A stretch of 64,000 bases of DNA from Thermoanaerobaculia bacterium (GCA_038239305.1 JBBSEW010000005.1:4795-68794); one strand, 5' to 3'; positions 29,070-39,290 are shown, numbered from the stretch's first letter. Translations and numbers: made by a program. Notes: a model not told the origin generated them from the letters alone.

Positions 29070-30467
29070 ATGACGACGACGCGCATCGTGAACGGCACGA
29101 TCGTCACGGCCACGGATCTGTACCGCGGCGACGTCCTCATCGACGGGGAGCGGATCGCCGCCGTCGGAACCTCGGACGCGATCGCCGTCCTGGGCGCGCA
29201 TGCTGACCGGACGATCGACGCGACCGGTCGCTTCGTGATTCCGGGCGGCATCGACGTCCACACGCACCTCGACATGCCCTTCGGCGGATCGACGTCCGCC
29301 GATGACTTCTCCTCCGGCACGATCGCCGCGGCGCACGGAGGCACGACGTCGATCGTGGATTTCGCCATTCAGTATCGCGGACAGACGCTGAGGCAGGCTC
29401 AGGACGCCTGGATGGCAAAAGCGGACGGAAAAGCGGCGATCGACTACGGGTTCCACATGATCATCACGGAGCTCGACGCGAAGGCCGAAGCCGAAATGGA
29501 CGTTCTCGTTCGTGAAGGGATCACGTCCTTCAAGCTCTTCATGGCCTATCCGGGCGTGTTCATGCTCGACGACGCGGCGATCTTCCGCGCTCTGCTCCGC
29601 ACGCGCGAGAACGGCGGAACGATCTGCATGCACGCGGAGAACGGCGGCGTGATCGACGTTCTCGTGCAGAGAGCCCTCGCGCGCGGCGAGCGGGCGCCGA
29701 AATATCACGCCCTCACCCGGCCCGCGCGGGCGGAGGCGGAAGCCACCCATCGGGCAATCGCTCTTTCCGAGATCGCGGGAGTTCCGATCTACATCGTGCA
29801 CCTTTCCGCCGCGGAGGCGCTCGAGATGGTCACCGAGGCGCGAGACCGCGGCCTGCCGGCGTACGCCGAGACCTGCCCCCAGTACCTTTTCCTTTCTTAT
29901 GCCAACTACGAGGAGCCGGGTTTCGACGGGGCAAAGTACGTGATGAGCCCCCCTCTGCGCGCCGCGGGAAACGAGGAGAAGCTCTGGCGCGGTCTCGCCG
30001 GCAACGACCTCCAGGCGATCTCGACCGACCACTGCCCGTTCTGCATGAAGGGGCAGAAGGAGCTCGGCACCGACGACTTCTCGAAGATCCCGAACGGAGC
30101 TCCGGGCATCGAGACGCGCATGAGCCTCGTCTGGGACGGCGGCGTCCGCACGGGCCGGATCTCGATGAACCGATTCGTCGAGCTGACTTCCACATCGCCC
30201 GCGAAGATCTTCGGGCTCTTCCCGCGGAAGGGAACGATCGCACCCGGGTCGGACGCCGACATCGTGGTCTTCGACCCCGAAAAGAAGATCACCCTTTCGG
30301 CGAAGTCACTCCACATGAAGGTCGACTACAACCCCTACGAAGGGCGCGAAGTCACCGGCGCCGCGGAGACGGTCCTCTCGCGAGGCCGCGTCATCGTCGA
30401 GGGCGGACAGTTCGTCGGAAAGACCGGCGCGGGAGAATTTCTCCGGAGAAGCGCGCGGAGCGGTTGA
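29070..30467 (+). CDS. dihydropyrimidinase / D-hydantoinase
   Basis: Cyclic amidohydrolase motifs GGIDVHTHLDMPFGG, FKLFMAY (carboxylated Lys), STDHCPF. Confidence 0.9.
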   Translation: MTTTRIVNGTIVTATDLYRGDVLIDGERIAAVGTSDAIAVLGAHADRTIDATGRFVIPGGIDVHTHLDMPFGGSTSADDFSSGTIAAAHGGTTSIVDFAIQYRGQTLRQAQDAWMAKADGKAAIDYGFHMIITELDAKAEAEMDVLVREGITSFKLFMAYPGVFMLDDAAIFRALLRTRENGGTICMHAENGGVIDVLVQRALARGERAPKYHALTRPARAEAEATHRAIALSEIAGVPIYIVHLSAAEALEMVTEARDRGLPAYAETCPQYLFLSYANYEEPGFDGAKYVMSPPLRAAGNEEKLWRGLAGNDLQAISTDHCPFCMKGQKELGTDDFSKIPNGAPGIETRMSLVWDGGVRTGRISMNRFVELTSTSPAKIFGLFPRKGTIAPGSDADIVVFDPEKKITLSAKSLHMKVDYNPYEGREVTGAAETVLSRGRVIVEGGQFVGKTGAGEFLRRSARSG

Positions 30468-30489
30468 TCGAAAACGTATGACTCGAAGC

Positions 30490-30580
30490 TGCCGGCGGAG
30501 AGCGGACGGCAGAAAGCGGACGGCAGAAAGCGGACGGCAGAGAGCGGACGGCAGGAGATCTGACAGCAGAGAGCGGACAG
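30490..30580. repeat. tandem 14-mer array GCGGACGGCAGAAA x ~4-5 (two coupled heptamers)
   Basis: gcggacggcagaaagcggacggcagaaagcggacggcagagagcggacggcagg between the hydantoinase stop and the aminotransferase start. Confidence 0.8.
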
Positions 30581-30592
30581 CTCGGAGGAACC

Positions 30593-31927
30593 ATGAGCAC
30601 ACCCAGAACCACCGCGCCCGTCTCCGAGCTCACGCAGTCCGTCCGCGACAAGCACCGGAAATTTCTTTTCCCGGCGACGATCCAGTACTACAAGGAACCG
30701 ATCGTCCTCACCGAGGGGAAGGGGCTCCGCATCCGGGACGCGGATGGCAACGAGTACCTCGACTTCTTCGGCGGCATCCTCACCGTCTCCGTCGGCCACG
30801 CGAACGACCGGGTCAACGCCGCGGTGCGCGCCCAGATAGACCGGTTCTCGCACGTCTCCAGCCTGTATCCGACACTGCCGGTAGTCGAGCTCGCCGAGAA
30901 GCTCGCCCGCATCACCCCGGGACGCCTGCAGCAGACCTGCTTCACGGCCTCCGGCACGGAAGCGGACGAGACTGCGATCATGATGGCCGAGCTCGCGACG
31001 GGATCGACGGAGTTCGTCGCCCTGCGACACGGTTACTCCGGCCGCTCCATGCTCGCCCAGTCCGTGACGGGCCACTCGACCTGGCGGCCGCTCCCGACCC
31101 TCGTCCCGGGCGTGAAGCACGCCGTATCACCCTACTGCTACCGCTGCCCGCTCCACCTGACCTATCCCTCCTGCGGCATCGCGTGCGCCACCGACATCGA
31201 GGAGCTCATCCGCACGACCACCACCGGGCGCGTCGCGGCGCTCATCGCCGAGCCCATCCAGGGCGTTGGCGGTTTCATCACGCCGCCCCCGGAGTATTTC
31301 GAGATCGCCGTCTCGATCATTCGCAAGTTCGGCGGCGTCTTCATCTCCGACGAGGTCCAGACGGGATTCGGGCGCACGGGCGGGAAAATGTGGGGCATCG
31401 AGCACTGGGGCGTGGAGCCCGAGATCATGACGGCCGCGAAAGGCATCGCCAACGGCCTGCCCCTCGGGATGACGATCGCGACACCGGAGATCGCCGCGGC
31501 GCTGAAGTCCCTGACAATTTCGACCTTCGGCGGCAATCCCGTCTCGACGGCCGCCGCGAATGCCACGATCGAGATCATCGAGGAGGAGGACCTCGTCGGC
31601 AACTCCGCCCGCATGGGCGCCGGCCTGCGCGCCGGGCTGGAGGATCTGAAAGGCCGCTACCCGCGCACGATCGGCGACGTCCGGGGGCTCGGGCTCATGC
31701 AGGCGCTCGAGCTCGTCGTGGACGAGGCGGCCGGTGACCGCACGCCCGACCCGGCGATCACCGCGCGTGTTTTCGAGGAGACGCGCCAGCGCGGCCTGCT
31801 CATCGGAAAGGGCGGCCTCTACGGTAACGTCTTCCGGATCGCGCCGGCCTTGAACGTCGCGGCGTCCGACGTCGGTGAGGCGCTCGCGATCCTGGGCGAG
31901 TCGTTCGCTGCGGCGGGTGCGCGTTGA
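30593..31927 (+). CDS. class-III PLP aminotransferase (omega-amino acid / beta-alanine--pyruvate transaminase like)
   Basis: AT-III fold with a PLP-Lys region (EVQTGFGRTG); GGAGGA SD before the ATG. Confidence 0.85.
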   Translation: MSTPRTTAPVSELTQSVRDKHRKFLFPATIQYYKEPIVLTEGKGLRIRDADGNEYLDFFGGILTVSVGHANDRVNAAVRAQIDRFSHVSSLYPTLPVVELAEKLARITPGRLQQTCFTASGTEADETAIMMAELATGSTEFVALRHGYSGRSMLAQSVTGHSTWRPLPTLVPGVKHAVSPYCYRCPLHLTYPSCGIACATDIEELIRTTTTGRVAALIAEPIQGVGGFITPPPEYFEIAVSIIRKFGGVFISDEVQTGFGRTGGKMWGIEHWGVEPEIMTAAKGIANGLPLGMTIATPEIAAALKSLTISTFGGNPVSTAAANATIEIIEEEDLVGNSARMGAGLRAGLEDLKGRYPRTIGDVRGLGLMQALELVVDEAAGDRTPDPAITARVFEETRQRGLLIGKGGLYGNVFRIAPALNVAASDVGEALAILGESFAAAGAR

Positions 31928-33423
31928 AATCGGCGACCACCCAGGTCTTCGGGAACGAAAAGCGTCACGGAGACGGGCGCATCGAGCTGATTGACGCCAC
32001 GCGCGTCGAGGCGTCGCCGCTCGCCAACCGCGACCTCCTGCCGCTGCCGGTCTCGCGCCGGACGTGGACGACCTACAACTACGCCGCGCTGTGGATCAGC
32101 ATGGCGCACTGTATCCCCACGTACATGCTGGCCTCCGGTCTCCTCGCGGCGGGAATGAACTGGTGGCAGGCCCTCGGAACGATCCTCCTCGGCAACACGA
32201 TCGTGCTCGTCCCGATCCTCCTGAACTCGCATCCCGGAACGCGATACGGGATCCCGTTTCCCGTGTTCGCCCGCGCGGCGTACGGCACGATCGGATCGAA
32301 TCTTCCCGCGATGATGCGGGCGATCGTGGCCTGCGGATGGTTCGGCATCCAGTGCTGGATCGGCGGCGAGGCCCTGAACACGCTCTTCGCCTCCGTCGAT
32401 CCGCACTGGGCGTCCCGCCTGTCCCGCCTCGGCGGCCACGCCGGCACGGAATGGCTCTCGTTCTTCCTCTTCTGGGCGCTCAACATGGTCATCGTCTGCC
32501 GCGGGATGGACCTGCTCCGAAAGGTCGAGAACTGGGCCGCTCCCTTCGTGCTCGTCATGACGGCTGCGCTGCTCGTCTGGGCCGTCCGGCAGGCTCACGG
32601 ATTCGGACCGCTGCTCGCGCAGAAGGGCACCCTCCGGACGTTCTCGCAGTTCTTTCCCGTCTTCGTGCCGTCGCTCACCGCGATGATCGGATTCTGGGCG
32701 ACGCTCTCCCTCAACATGCCCGATTTCACCCGCTTCGGCCGCAGCCAGCGCGAGCAGATCGTCGGCCAGGTGATCGCCCTCCCGAGCACGATGTCTCTCT
32801 TCGCGGCGATGGGCGTCCTGATCACGAGCGCCACCGTCATCCTGTACGGGCGCGCGATCTGGGATCCGATCGAGCTGGTCGGCCATTTTTCGCAGCCCGT
32901 CGTCGTCGCGATCTCCATGTTCACCGTCGTCGTCGCGACGCTCGCCGTCAACATCGCCGCCAACGTCGTCTCGCCCGCCAACGACTTCGCCAACGCATTC
33001 CCGCGCTGGGTGCGCTTCAAGACCGGCGGACTCATCACGGGCATCGTCGGCGTTCTCATGCAGCCGTGGAGGCTGCTCGCGGATCCGTCCGGCTACATCT
33101 ACACGTGGCTGCTCGGTTACTCGGGCGGCCTCGGCTCCATCGCCGGCGTCCTGATCGCGGACTACTGGCTCCTCCGGAAACGGCGCCTTCGCCTGGAGGA
33201 CCTGTACCTGACGCACGGCGTGTATCGGTACACGGGGGGCTGGAACATCCGCGCTGTGGCCGCGACGGTCGCCGGCTGCTCCCTGGCATGGGGAGGACAC
33301 ATCGTCCCCGCCCTGAAGCCCCTCCTGGCGTACGGCTGGTTCGTCGGCTTCTTCGTCTCGGGACCGTTGTACTGGCTGCTTTCGGCCGGACCGTACGACC
33401 GGAAAACGGCGACGGTCCGCTGA
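31924..33423 (+). CDS. NCS1-family nucleobase/hydantoin:cation symporter
   Basis: 12-TM permease; NCS1-like WNYAALWISMAHCIPTYMLASGL; start overlaps the upstream stop (TTGA). Confidence 0.85.
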   Translation: MKSATTQVFGNEKRHGDGRIELIDATRVEASPLANRDLLPLPVSRRTWTTYNYAALWISMAHCIPTYMLASGLLAAGMNWWQALGTILLGNTIVLVPILLNSHPGTRYGIPFPVFARAAYGTIGSNLPAMMRAIVACGWFGIQCWIGGEALNTLFASVDPHWASRLSRLGGHAGTEWLSFFLFWALNMVIVCRGMDLLRKVENWAAPFVLVMTAALLVWAVRQAHGFGPLLAQKGTLRTFSQFFPVFVPSLTAMIGFWATLSLNMPDFTRFGRSQREQIVGQVIALPSTMSLFAAMGVLITSATVILYGRAIWDPIELVGHFSQPVVVAISMFTVVVATLAVNIAANVVSPANDFANAFPRWVRFKTGGLITGIVGVLMQPWRLLADPSGYIYTWLLGYSGGLGSIAGVLIADYWLLRKRRLRLEDLYLTHGVYRYTGGWNIRAVAATVAGCSLAWGGHIVPALKPLLAYGWFVGFFVSGPLYWLLSAGPYDRKTATVR

Positions 33424-33429
33424 GAAGGG

Positions 33430-33831
33430 TCAGGGCCGCCGTACGGGTGCCGGCGCGAGCGACTTCTCGTGCTCGATCAACCTCGCAAGGAGCCAGTCTC
33501 CGAGGGGCAAGGCCGATGCGGCGCCTTTCGGCCGGATCCCGTAGGGCTGGCCGGACTCTTCCGAACGCGTCGCGATCCCGGCGATGAACTCGCGGGCTGT
33601 CTGGACCCGGCCGCCCGCGAAAAAGAGCTTTCTCCGCAGGTGAGACGCTGCCTTGCCGCCGTCATATGCGGCTCCGTTGCGGAGGAAGATGGCGTCGGAA
33701 GCCCGCACGCGGTCGAGCAGCCAGTCGATCTTCTCCTGCTCCGCAGGGGGCCGGCTCGCGGCTCCCGCGACTACCGCCGCCAGGAAGAGGAAAGCCCCGG
33801 CGAACAAACCCCCGAGCCTCCCGTCCGGCAT
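33430..33831 (-). CDS. small secreted protein, DUF5329-like
   Basis: Signal/TM segment then KIDWLLDRVRASDAIFLRNGAAYDGGKAASHLRRK; family assignment is from memory and not certain. Confidence 0.45.
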   Translation of the reverse strand: MPDGRLGGLFAGAFLFLAAVVAGAASRPPAEQEKIDWLLDRVRASDAIFLRNGAAYDGGKAASHLRRKLFFAGGRVQTAREFIAGIATRSEESGQPYGIRPKGAASALPLGDWLLARLIEHEKSLAPAPVRRP

Positions 33832-33853
33832 TCGATTCAGCCCGGCAGCCAGT

Positions 33854-35206
33854 TCAATAGTAGGGCTCCCAGATCCAGAACACGAGCTCCGCGAGCCGCT
33901 GCGTGAAGCTGCGCTTCTTCCAGGCCCCGTACGTGATCTCGCCGCAACGTTTCTTGTCGTCGAAGAACATCGCCTCCATCTTCGCGGAGAACGAACGGTC
34001 ATAGAAGGCGAGGCTCTCCTCCGCGTTGCGGTTCATCGAGCGCGAATCGAAGTTGATGGACCCGATTGTGGCGTACAGGCCGTCCACCACCATGGTCTTG
34101 TTGTGCATCATCGTGCCGTGGTACTCGAAGATGTGCACGCCTCCCGCGAGGAGATCGCCGTAGTGGAGCCAGGACGCGAAGCGCACCATCGGAAGATCGA
34201 TGTCCCGTCCGGGAACCATGACCTGAACGTCCACGCCTCGCGCCACGGCATGAACGAGCGCCTCCCGCACCTGCTTGTCGGGAAGGAAGTATGCGTTCTG
34301 GATCAGGATGCTCTTTGTCGCGGACTGGATGGCGACGTAGTAGAGCATCTTCGCGAGGGATGACGCGTCCCCCCGCGAGGCCTTGATGGCCTGCGCTTCC
34401 ATCGTGCCTGCCGGCGATATCACCGGATAGAACGCGTCGCCGGCGAGGATCTCGCCCGTCGTATACGTCCAGTCCTCGCTGAAGACGGCCTGCATCTGCG
34501 CGACGACGGGCCCGACGACGCGCACCTGCGTGTCGCGCCACTCGCCCGTGTTCCGCGCGTCGCCGAGCCACCGCTCGTCGATGCCGAGGCCGCCCGTGTA
34601 CGCCACGCGCCCGTCGATCACGAGGATCTTGCGGTGAGTCCGGCGGCCGACCTTGTAGATCGTGAACAGGCGGAGGGGCCGGTACTTCCGCACGTGGACG
34701 CCGGCCTTCCGGAGCTCGTCTTCGACTCCCGAGATCGAGCTTCCAAAGGCGTCGACGAGGAACCGCACCTGCACGCCGTTGTGCGCCGCCACCACCATCG
34801 CGTCGATGAATTGCCGCCCCGCCTTGTCCGGCTGGAAAATGTAGGTCTCGAGATCGACGGATTTTTTCGCCTCGCGAATGTCCTTCGTCATCGCGGGGAA
34901 AATCGCGTCCCCGTTCTTCAGCAGCTCCGCTTCATTTCCCCCGACCATCGGCGGACCGAGACCATCCATCGAACGGCGGAAGGAACCGTCTTCGACCGCG
35001 AACGGATGGTCGAATTTATACACGTCCCGTTTCTCGGAACCGATGACGTTGTTGACGAGCGTGCATCCGGACGAGAGCGAGAGAGAAACCGCCGCCGAGA
35101 AGAGGAGCAGGAGTCTTCTGGCGCGAGGTCGGAACACGGATTTCCCGTATTCCCGATCCGAGCCAGGCCTCTTCCGGACCGCCCTTTCCGCCACTTGGAT
35201 TCGCAC
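33854..35206 (-). CDS. PLD-family lipoprotein, cardiolipin-synthase-like (third paralog)
   Basis: HRKILVIDGRVAYTGGLGIDERW and HNKTMVVDGLYATIGSINFDSRS; lipobox LSLSSGC. Confidence 0.85.
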   Translation of the reverse strand: MRIQVAERAVRKRPGSDREYGKSVFRPRARRLLLLFSAAVSLSLSSGCTLVNNVIGSEKRDVYKFDHPFAVEDGSFRRSMDGLGPPMVGGNEAELLKNGDAIFPAMTKDIREAKKSVDLETYIFQPDKAGRQFIDAMVVAAHNGVQVRFLVDAFGSSISGVEDELRKAGVHVRKYRPLRLFTIYKVGRRTHRKILVIDGRVAYTGGLGIDERWLGDARNTGEWRDTQVRVVGPVVAQMQAVFSEDWTYTTGEILAGDAFYPVISPAGTMEAQAIKASRGDASSLAKMLYYVAIQSATKSILIQNAYFLPDKQVREALVHAVARGVDVQVMVPGRDIDLPMVRFASWLHYGDLLAGGVHIFEYHGTMMHNKTMVVDGLYATIGSINFDSRSMNRNAEESLAFYDRSFSAKMEAMFFDDKKRCGEITYGAWKKRSFTQRLAELVFWIWEPYY

Positions 35207-35236
35207 GCCGGTTCGCTCCTTGCGTAGGATGTTGCC

Positions 35237-35956
35237 ATGAAATCCAAAGGTGTCGCTCTGGTAACGGGCGGAACGAGGGGAATCGGCCGGGCCGTGGCTG
35301 TCCGGCTCGTCCGGGACGGTTTTTCGGTCGTGATTTCAGGCCATTCCGAGGCCTCGACCCGGACCGCGGTCGAGGAGCTCACCCGGGAGGGCATTTCGGT
35401 ATCGGGCAAAGCCGCGGATGCCCGGAAGGAGTCCGATCAGCGAGCCCTGGTCGACTTCGCCGCCGCTTCGGGCGAGGGCCGCCTGGACGTGCTCGTGAAC
35501 AACGCCGGCATCGGGGAATTCCGTCCGGTGGACAGGATCGATCCGGAGCGATTTCGCGCCATCCTCGAAACGAATCTGTTCGGTCCCTTTTACGCGATCG
35601 CCGCGGCCGCGCCGGTCATGAGGAAGAACGGCGGCGGATTCATCGTCAACATCGCATCCCTCGCCTCCGTCAACGCCTTCGCGGGAGGAGCCGCCTACAA
35701 CGCGTCGAAATTCGGGCTGCTCGGGCTCTCCGACGCAGCCATGCTCGACCTTCGGCAGGACGGCATCCGCGTCGCGGCCGTTCTTCCGGGATCCGTGGCC
35801 ACGGAATTCGGCGGACCCGGGAGCGGCGCGGAGAACTCCTGGATGCTGTCGCCGGACGATGTGGCGGAGGCCGTGTCCGACCTGGTCCGATTCCCGGGTC
35901 GCGCGATCCCGTCCCGCATCGATCTGCGGCCGTCGCGCCCGCCCAAAAAGGGTTGA
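35237..35956 (+). CDS. SDR-family oxidoreductase
   Basis: TGGTRGIGRA Rossmann motif; NAG and YNASK catalytic motifs. Confidence 0.85.
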   Translation: MKSKGVALVTGGTRGIGRAVAVRLVRDGFSVVISGHSEASTRTAVEELTREGISVSGKAADARKESDQRALVDFAAASGEGRLDVLVNNAGIGEFRPVDRIDPERFRAILETNLFGPFYAIAAAAPVMRKNGGGFIVNIASLASVNAFAGGAAYNASKFGLLGLSDAAMLDLRQDGIRVAAVLPGSVATEFGGPGSGAENSWMLSPDDVAEAVSDLVRFPGRAIPSRIDLRPSRPPKKG

Positions 35957-35984
35957 GCCGCCTGGGATAGATTCCGTTCCCTCC

Positions 35985-37064
35985 ATGGGAACGCTCGCGG
36001 TCGTCCTCGGCGTCGTGCTGATTCTCGTCGTCCTGTGGGACGCGTTCGAGACCATCGTCCTCCCCCGTCGGGTATCCCGGCGGTTTCGCCTGACGCGGAT
36101 CTTCTACGCTCTGACATGGCGGCCGTGGCGCGCTCTGGGGCTTCGGCGCCCGGCCGGCAATCCGCGCGAGAACTTCCTCTCGATCTTCGGGCCGCTCTCT
36201 CTTCTGATGCTCCTCGTCGCATGGGCGGGCGCCCTCGTGTTCGGCTTCGCCCTGCTCTACTGGGGCCTCGGCAGCCGGCTCAAGATGCCACCGGGGCTCG
36301 GTGGATTTCCGGCGGATCTGTATTTCAGCGGAACGACGCTCGTCACTCTCGGCCTCGGCGACGTCATCCCCGCGAGCGGACTCGCGCGGCTCCTCGCGTT
36401 TGTCGAGAGCGGGATCGGGTTCGGGTTTCTGGCCCTGGTGGTCGGATATCTGCCAACCCTCTTCCAGGCATTCTCCCGCCGCGAGGTGAACATCGCCCTG
36501 CTCGACGCCCGGGCGGGTTCCCCTTCGACGGCCTCCGAGCTGATCAAGCGGCAGGCGGGAGATCATCCGGGTCATAACCTCGCGGACCTTCTCCACGATT
36601 GGGATGTCTGGTCCGCGGATCTTCTCGAGACGCAGATCTCGTTTCCCGTTCTTGCCTATTACCGTTCGCAGCACGACAACCAGTCCTGGGTCGCGGCCCT
36701 CACCACGATGCTCGACGTCTGCGCTCTCATCATCGCCGGCGCTGAGAACGGGCCGGTCCGCGCCGCGCGCCTGACGTTCGCGATGGCTCGCCACGCCGTC
36801 GCGGATCTCGCGCAGATCTTCCGTCTGAAGCCGGAGGATCCGGCGGATGACCGCCTCCCCGCCGTCGACGCGAAGCGACTCCGGCTCGTGATGCAGGAGG
36901 CCGGAATGCCGCTCAAGGAAGGACCGGAGACGGAGGCACGGCTTTTGCGCCTGCGGCGCATGTACGAGCCGCACGTAAATGTCCTCTCCCGACACCTGTT
37001 GATGCCGCTCCCCGCGTGGGTGCCTCCCGTGGGAGCCAGAGACAACTGGCAGACGACGGCCTAG
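35985..37064 (+). CDS. two-TM pore-loop ion channel (K+ channel-like, TLGLGD filter) with cytoplasmic C-terminal domain
   Basis: TM1-pore-TM2 architecture with TTLVTLGLGDV; start moved to MGTLAVV. Confidence 0.75.
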   Translation: MGTLAVVLGVVLILVVLWDAFETIVLPRRVSRRFRLTRIFYALTWRPWRALGLRRPAGNPRENFLSIFGPLSLLMLLVAWAGALVFGFALLYWGLGSRLKMPPGLGGFPADLYFSGTTLVTLGLGDVIPASGLARLLAFVESGIGFGFLALVVGYLPTLFQAFSRREVNIALLDARAGSPSTASELIKRQAGDHPGHNLADLLHDWDVWSADLLETQISFPVLAYYRSQHDNQSWVAALTTMLDVCALIIAGAENGPVRAARLTFAMARHAVADLAQIFRLKPEDPADDRLPAVDAKRLRLVMQEAGMPLKEGPETEARLLRLRRMYEPHVNVLSRHLLMPLPAWVPPVGARDNWQTTA

Positions 37065-37068
37065 CACG

Positions 37069-37851
37069 ATGCTCCGGCGGCTGGGAGAGCGGGTCGCCTA
37101 TCTCCTCGGCTGTGCGGTCGGAGGAACGTGGTTCGTCCTGTGCTCCTTCGTCGGCACGCTCTGGCTGCTCGTCGCGCCCGGGAACCGCCAGACCCTGTAC
37201 TGGTACGGCCGGGTTTTCTGCCGGGGCCTCGTCGCCATGATGAGCTGGAAGATCGAGCCCGATCATCCGGAGCGGCTCCGCGAGTTTCGTCCCTGCGTCT
37301 TCGTCGGCAACCACCAGAGCTTCCTCGACGTCGTCACCTTCGGAGCGATCTTTCCTCCCCGCACGGTCTCCGCCGGAAAACGCGAGATCGGGAGCATTCC
37401 GATCTTCGGATGGTTTTACCGGTTGTCGGGCAATTTCATCATCGACCGCGACCACGCGCGGAGCGCCCTCGCCTCCCTCGAGGCCGCGGCCCGCGCGATG
37501 CGGGAGGAGCGGATCGCGGTGTGGTTCATGCCGGAAGGCCACCGGAACCATTTGGCGACGCTCCTCCCCTTCAAGAGCGGCGCGTTCCGGCTCGCCGTCG
37601 CCGCCGAGGCCCCGATCGTGCCCGTCGTGGCCGAGCCTCTCGGCGCCATCGCCGATACCCGCGATCGGCGGGCACGGCCGGGCCGCCTGCGCGTTCGCGT
37701 GCTCGAGGCCATTTCGACCGAAGGCCTGAAAGCCGCCGACGTCCCCGCTCTCGCCGCGCGCGTGCGGGAGCGGATGCAGACAGCGATCGATGAGCTGCGG
37801 GCAAATCCCAAAACCGCCTCGAACGCTGACGACGCGGAGCGGCGCGCGTGA
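37069..37851 (+). CDS. 1-acyl-sn-glycerol-3-phosphate acyltransferase-family (PlsC/LPLAT)
   Basis: HX4D motif NHQSFLD, FMPEG and PIVPV motifs. Confidence 0.8.
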   Translation: MLRRLGERVAYLLGCAVGGTWFVLCSFVGTLWLLVAPGNRQTLYWYGRVFCRGLVAMMSWKIEPDHPERLREFRPCVFVGNHQSFLDVVTFGAIFPPRTVSAGKREIGSIPIFGWFYRLSGNFIIDRDHARSALASLEAAARAMREERIAVWFMPEGHRNHLATLLPFKSGAFRLAVAAEAPIVPVVAEPLGAIADTRDRRARPGRLRVRVLEAISTEGLKAADVPALAARVRERMQTAIDELRANPKTASNADDAERRA

Positions 37852-39290
37852 CCCCGGAAGATCGCTCCCTCGAAATCGGGGGGCGCGAGCTCCGGGAGCT
37901 GATCGAATCCGCGACGCGGCGGATCGTCGCGTACATCGCCGCGCTCCCGTCGACGCCGTCCGATGTCCGCGATCCGGCCGGGCTCGCGCGTTCGCTCCGG
38001 GAGCCGATGCCGGAAGAGGGCGAAGATCCGGAACGACTCTTCGATCTTCTTTTCGACACGGTCATCCCGCGCGGCTTTCAGACGGCGGGGCCCGGTTACC
38101 TCGCGTACATTCCGGGCGGCGGGCTGCCCCAGTCCGCGGTCGCGGACCTCGTCGCGGACGCGACCAATCGTTACGTGGGAGTCTTCGCTGCGGCGCCCGG
38201 CCTGGCCCAGCTGGAGGCCAATGTCGTGCAGTGGTTCTGCGGAATCGTCGGATATCCCGCGGGCTCGGGCGGCATCCTCACGACGGGCGGCTCCCTTTCG
38301 AACTTCTCCGCGATCGTCACGGCGCGGCGGGACCGGCTGCCCCCCGATTTTCTGCGCGGCACCCTGTATGTCTCGGATCAGACCCACCACTCCATTCAGA
38401 AGGCCGCGAGCCTCGCTGGATTTCCGGGGGCGAACGTCCGCGAGATCCCGACGGACTCCCTGTTCCGCATTCGCCTGGACGATCTGGCGGCGAGGGTCGC
38501 GGAAGACCGGGCCGCCGGATGGACGCCGTTCTTTCTCGTCGGCAACGGAGGGACGACCAACACCGGCGCCGTCGATGATCTCGCCGGCCTCGCGGACTTC
38601 GCCGCGCGAGAATCGCTGTGGTTCCACGTCGACGCGGCGTACGGCGGGTTCTTCGCGCTGACGGACCGGGGCCGCAGGCGCCTGGCCGGCATCGAACGCT
38701 CCGATTCGACGTGCCTCGATCCTCACAAGAGCCTCTTCCTCCCGTACGGGACCGGCTCCCTGCTCGTGCGCGATCCCGAGGCTTTGAAGCGCGCTCACGC
38801 CCTGTCCGCGGAGTACCTTCCCGAAATGCAGCTCGACGCCGATCTGCCGGACTTCACCCTCCTGTCTCCGGAGCTCTCGCGGGACTGGCGCGGCCTTCGA
38901 GTCTGGCTGCCCCTGAAGATGCACGGTGCCGGTCCGTTCCGCCGTAACCTCGACGAGAAGCTCGATCTCGCGGACTGGGCCTGCGGCGAGCTCGAGCGGA
39001 TGCCGGGGATCGAGATCCTCGCGCGGCCGCAGCTCTCGACCGTCGCGTTCCGGTTCGTTCGGCCCGGCCTGACTCTCGAGAAGGCGAACGCCGAGAACGA
39101 GCGCGTGCTCGCCCTCACGAACTCGCGAGGCCGCGTCCACCTGACGGGAACGAAGCTCGGCGGCCGATTCGCGATCCGCATCTGCGTACTCTCGTTCCGA
39201 ACGCACCTCGACCGGATGCGAGAGGGGCTCGAGGATCTTCGATCCGCGATCGCCGAAGTGACGGCCGACGTTTCGCCTCCCGAGTCTTAG
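37848..39290 (+). CDS. group-II PLP-dependent amino-acid decarboxylase
   Basis: Pyridoxal_deC fold, SDQTHHS and DPHK (PLP lysine); GTG start overlaps the PlsC stop as GTGA. Confidence 0.85.
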   Translation: MTPEDRSLEIGGRELRELIESATRRIVAYIAALPSTPSDVRDPAGLARSLREPMPEEGEDPERLFDLLFDTVIPRGFQTAGPGYLAYIPGGGLPQSAVADLVADATNRYVGVFAAAPGLAQLEANVVQWFCGIVGYPAGSGGILTTGGSLSNFSAIVTARRDRLPPDFLRGTLYVSDQTHHSIQKAASLAGFPGANVREIPTDSLFRIRLDDLAARVAEDRAAGWTPFFLVGNGGTTNTGAVDDLAGLADFAARESLWFHVDAAYGGFFALTDRGRRRLAGIERSDSTCLDPHKSLFLPYGTGSLLVRDPEALKRAHALSAEYLPEMQLDADLPDFTLLSPELSRDWRGLRVWLPLKMHGAGPFRRNLDEKLDLADWACGELERMPGIEILARPQLSTVAFRFVRPGLTLEKANAENERVLALTNSRGRVHLTGTKLGGRFAIRICVLSFRTHLDRMREGLEDLRSAIAEVTADVSPPES

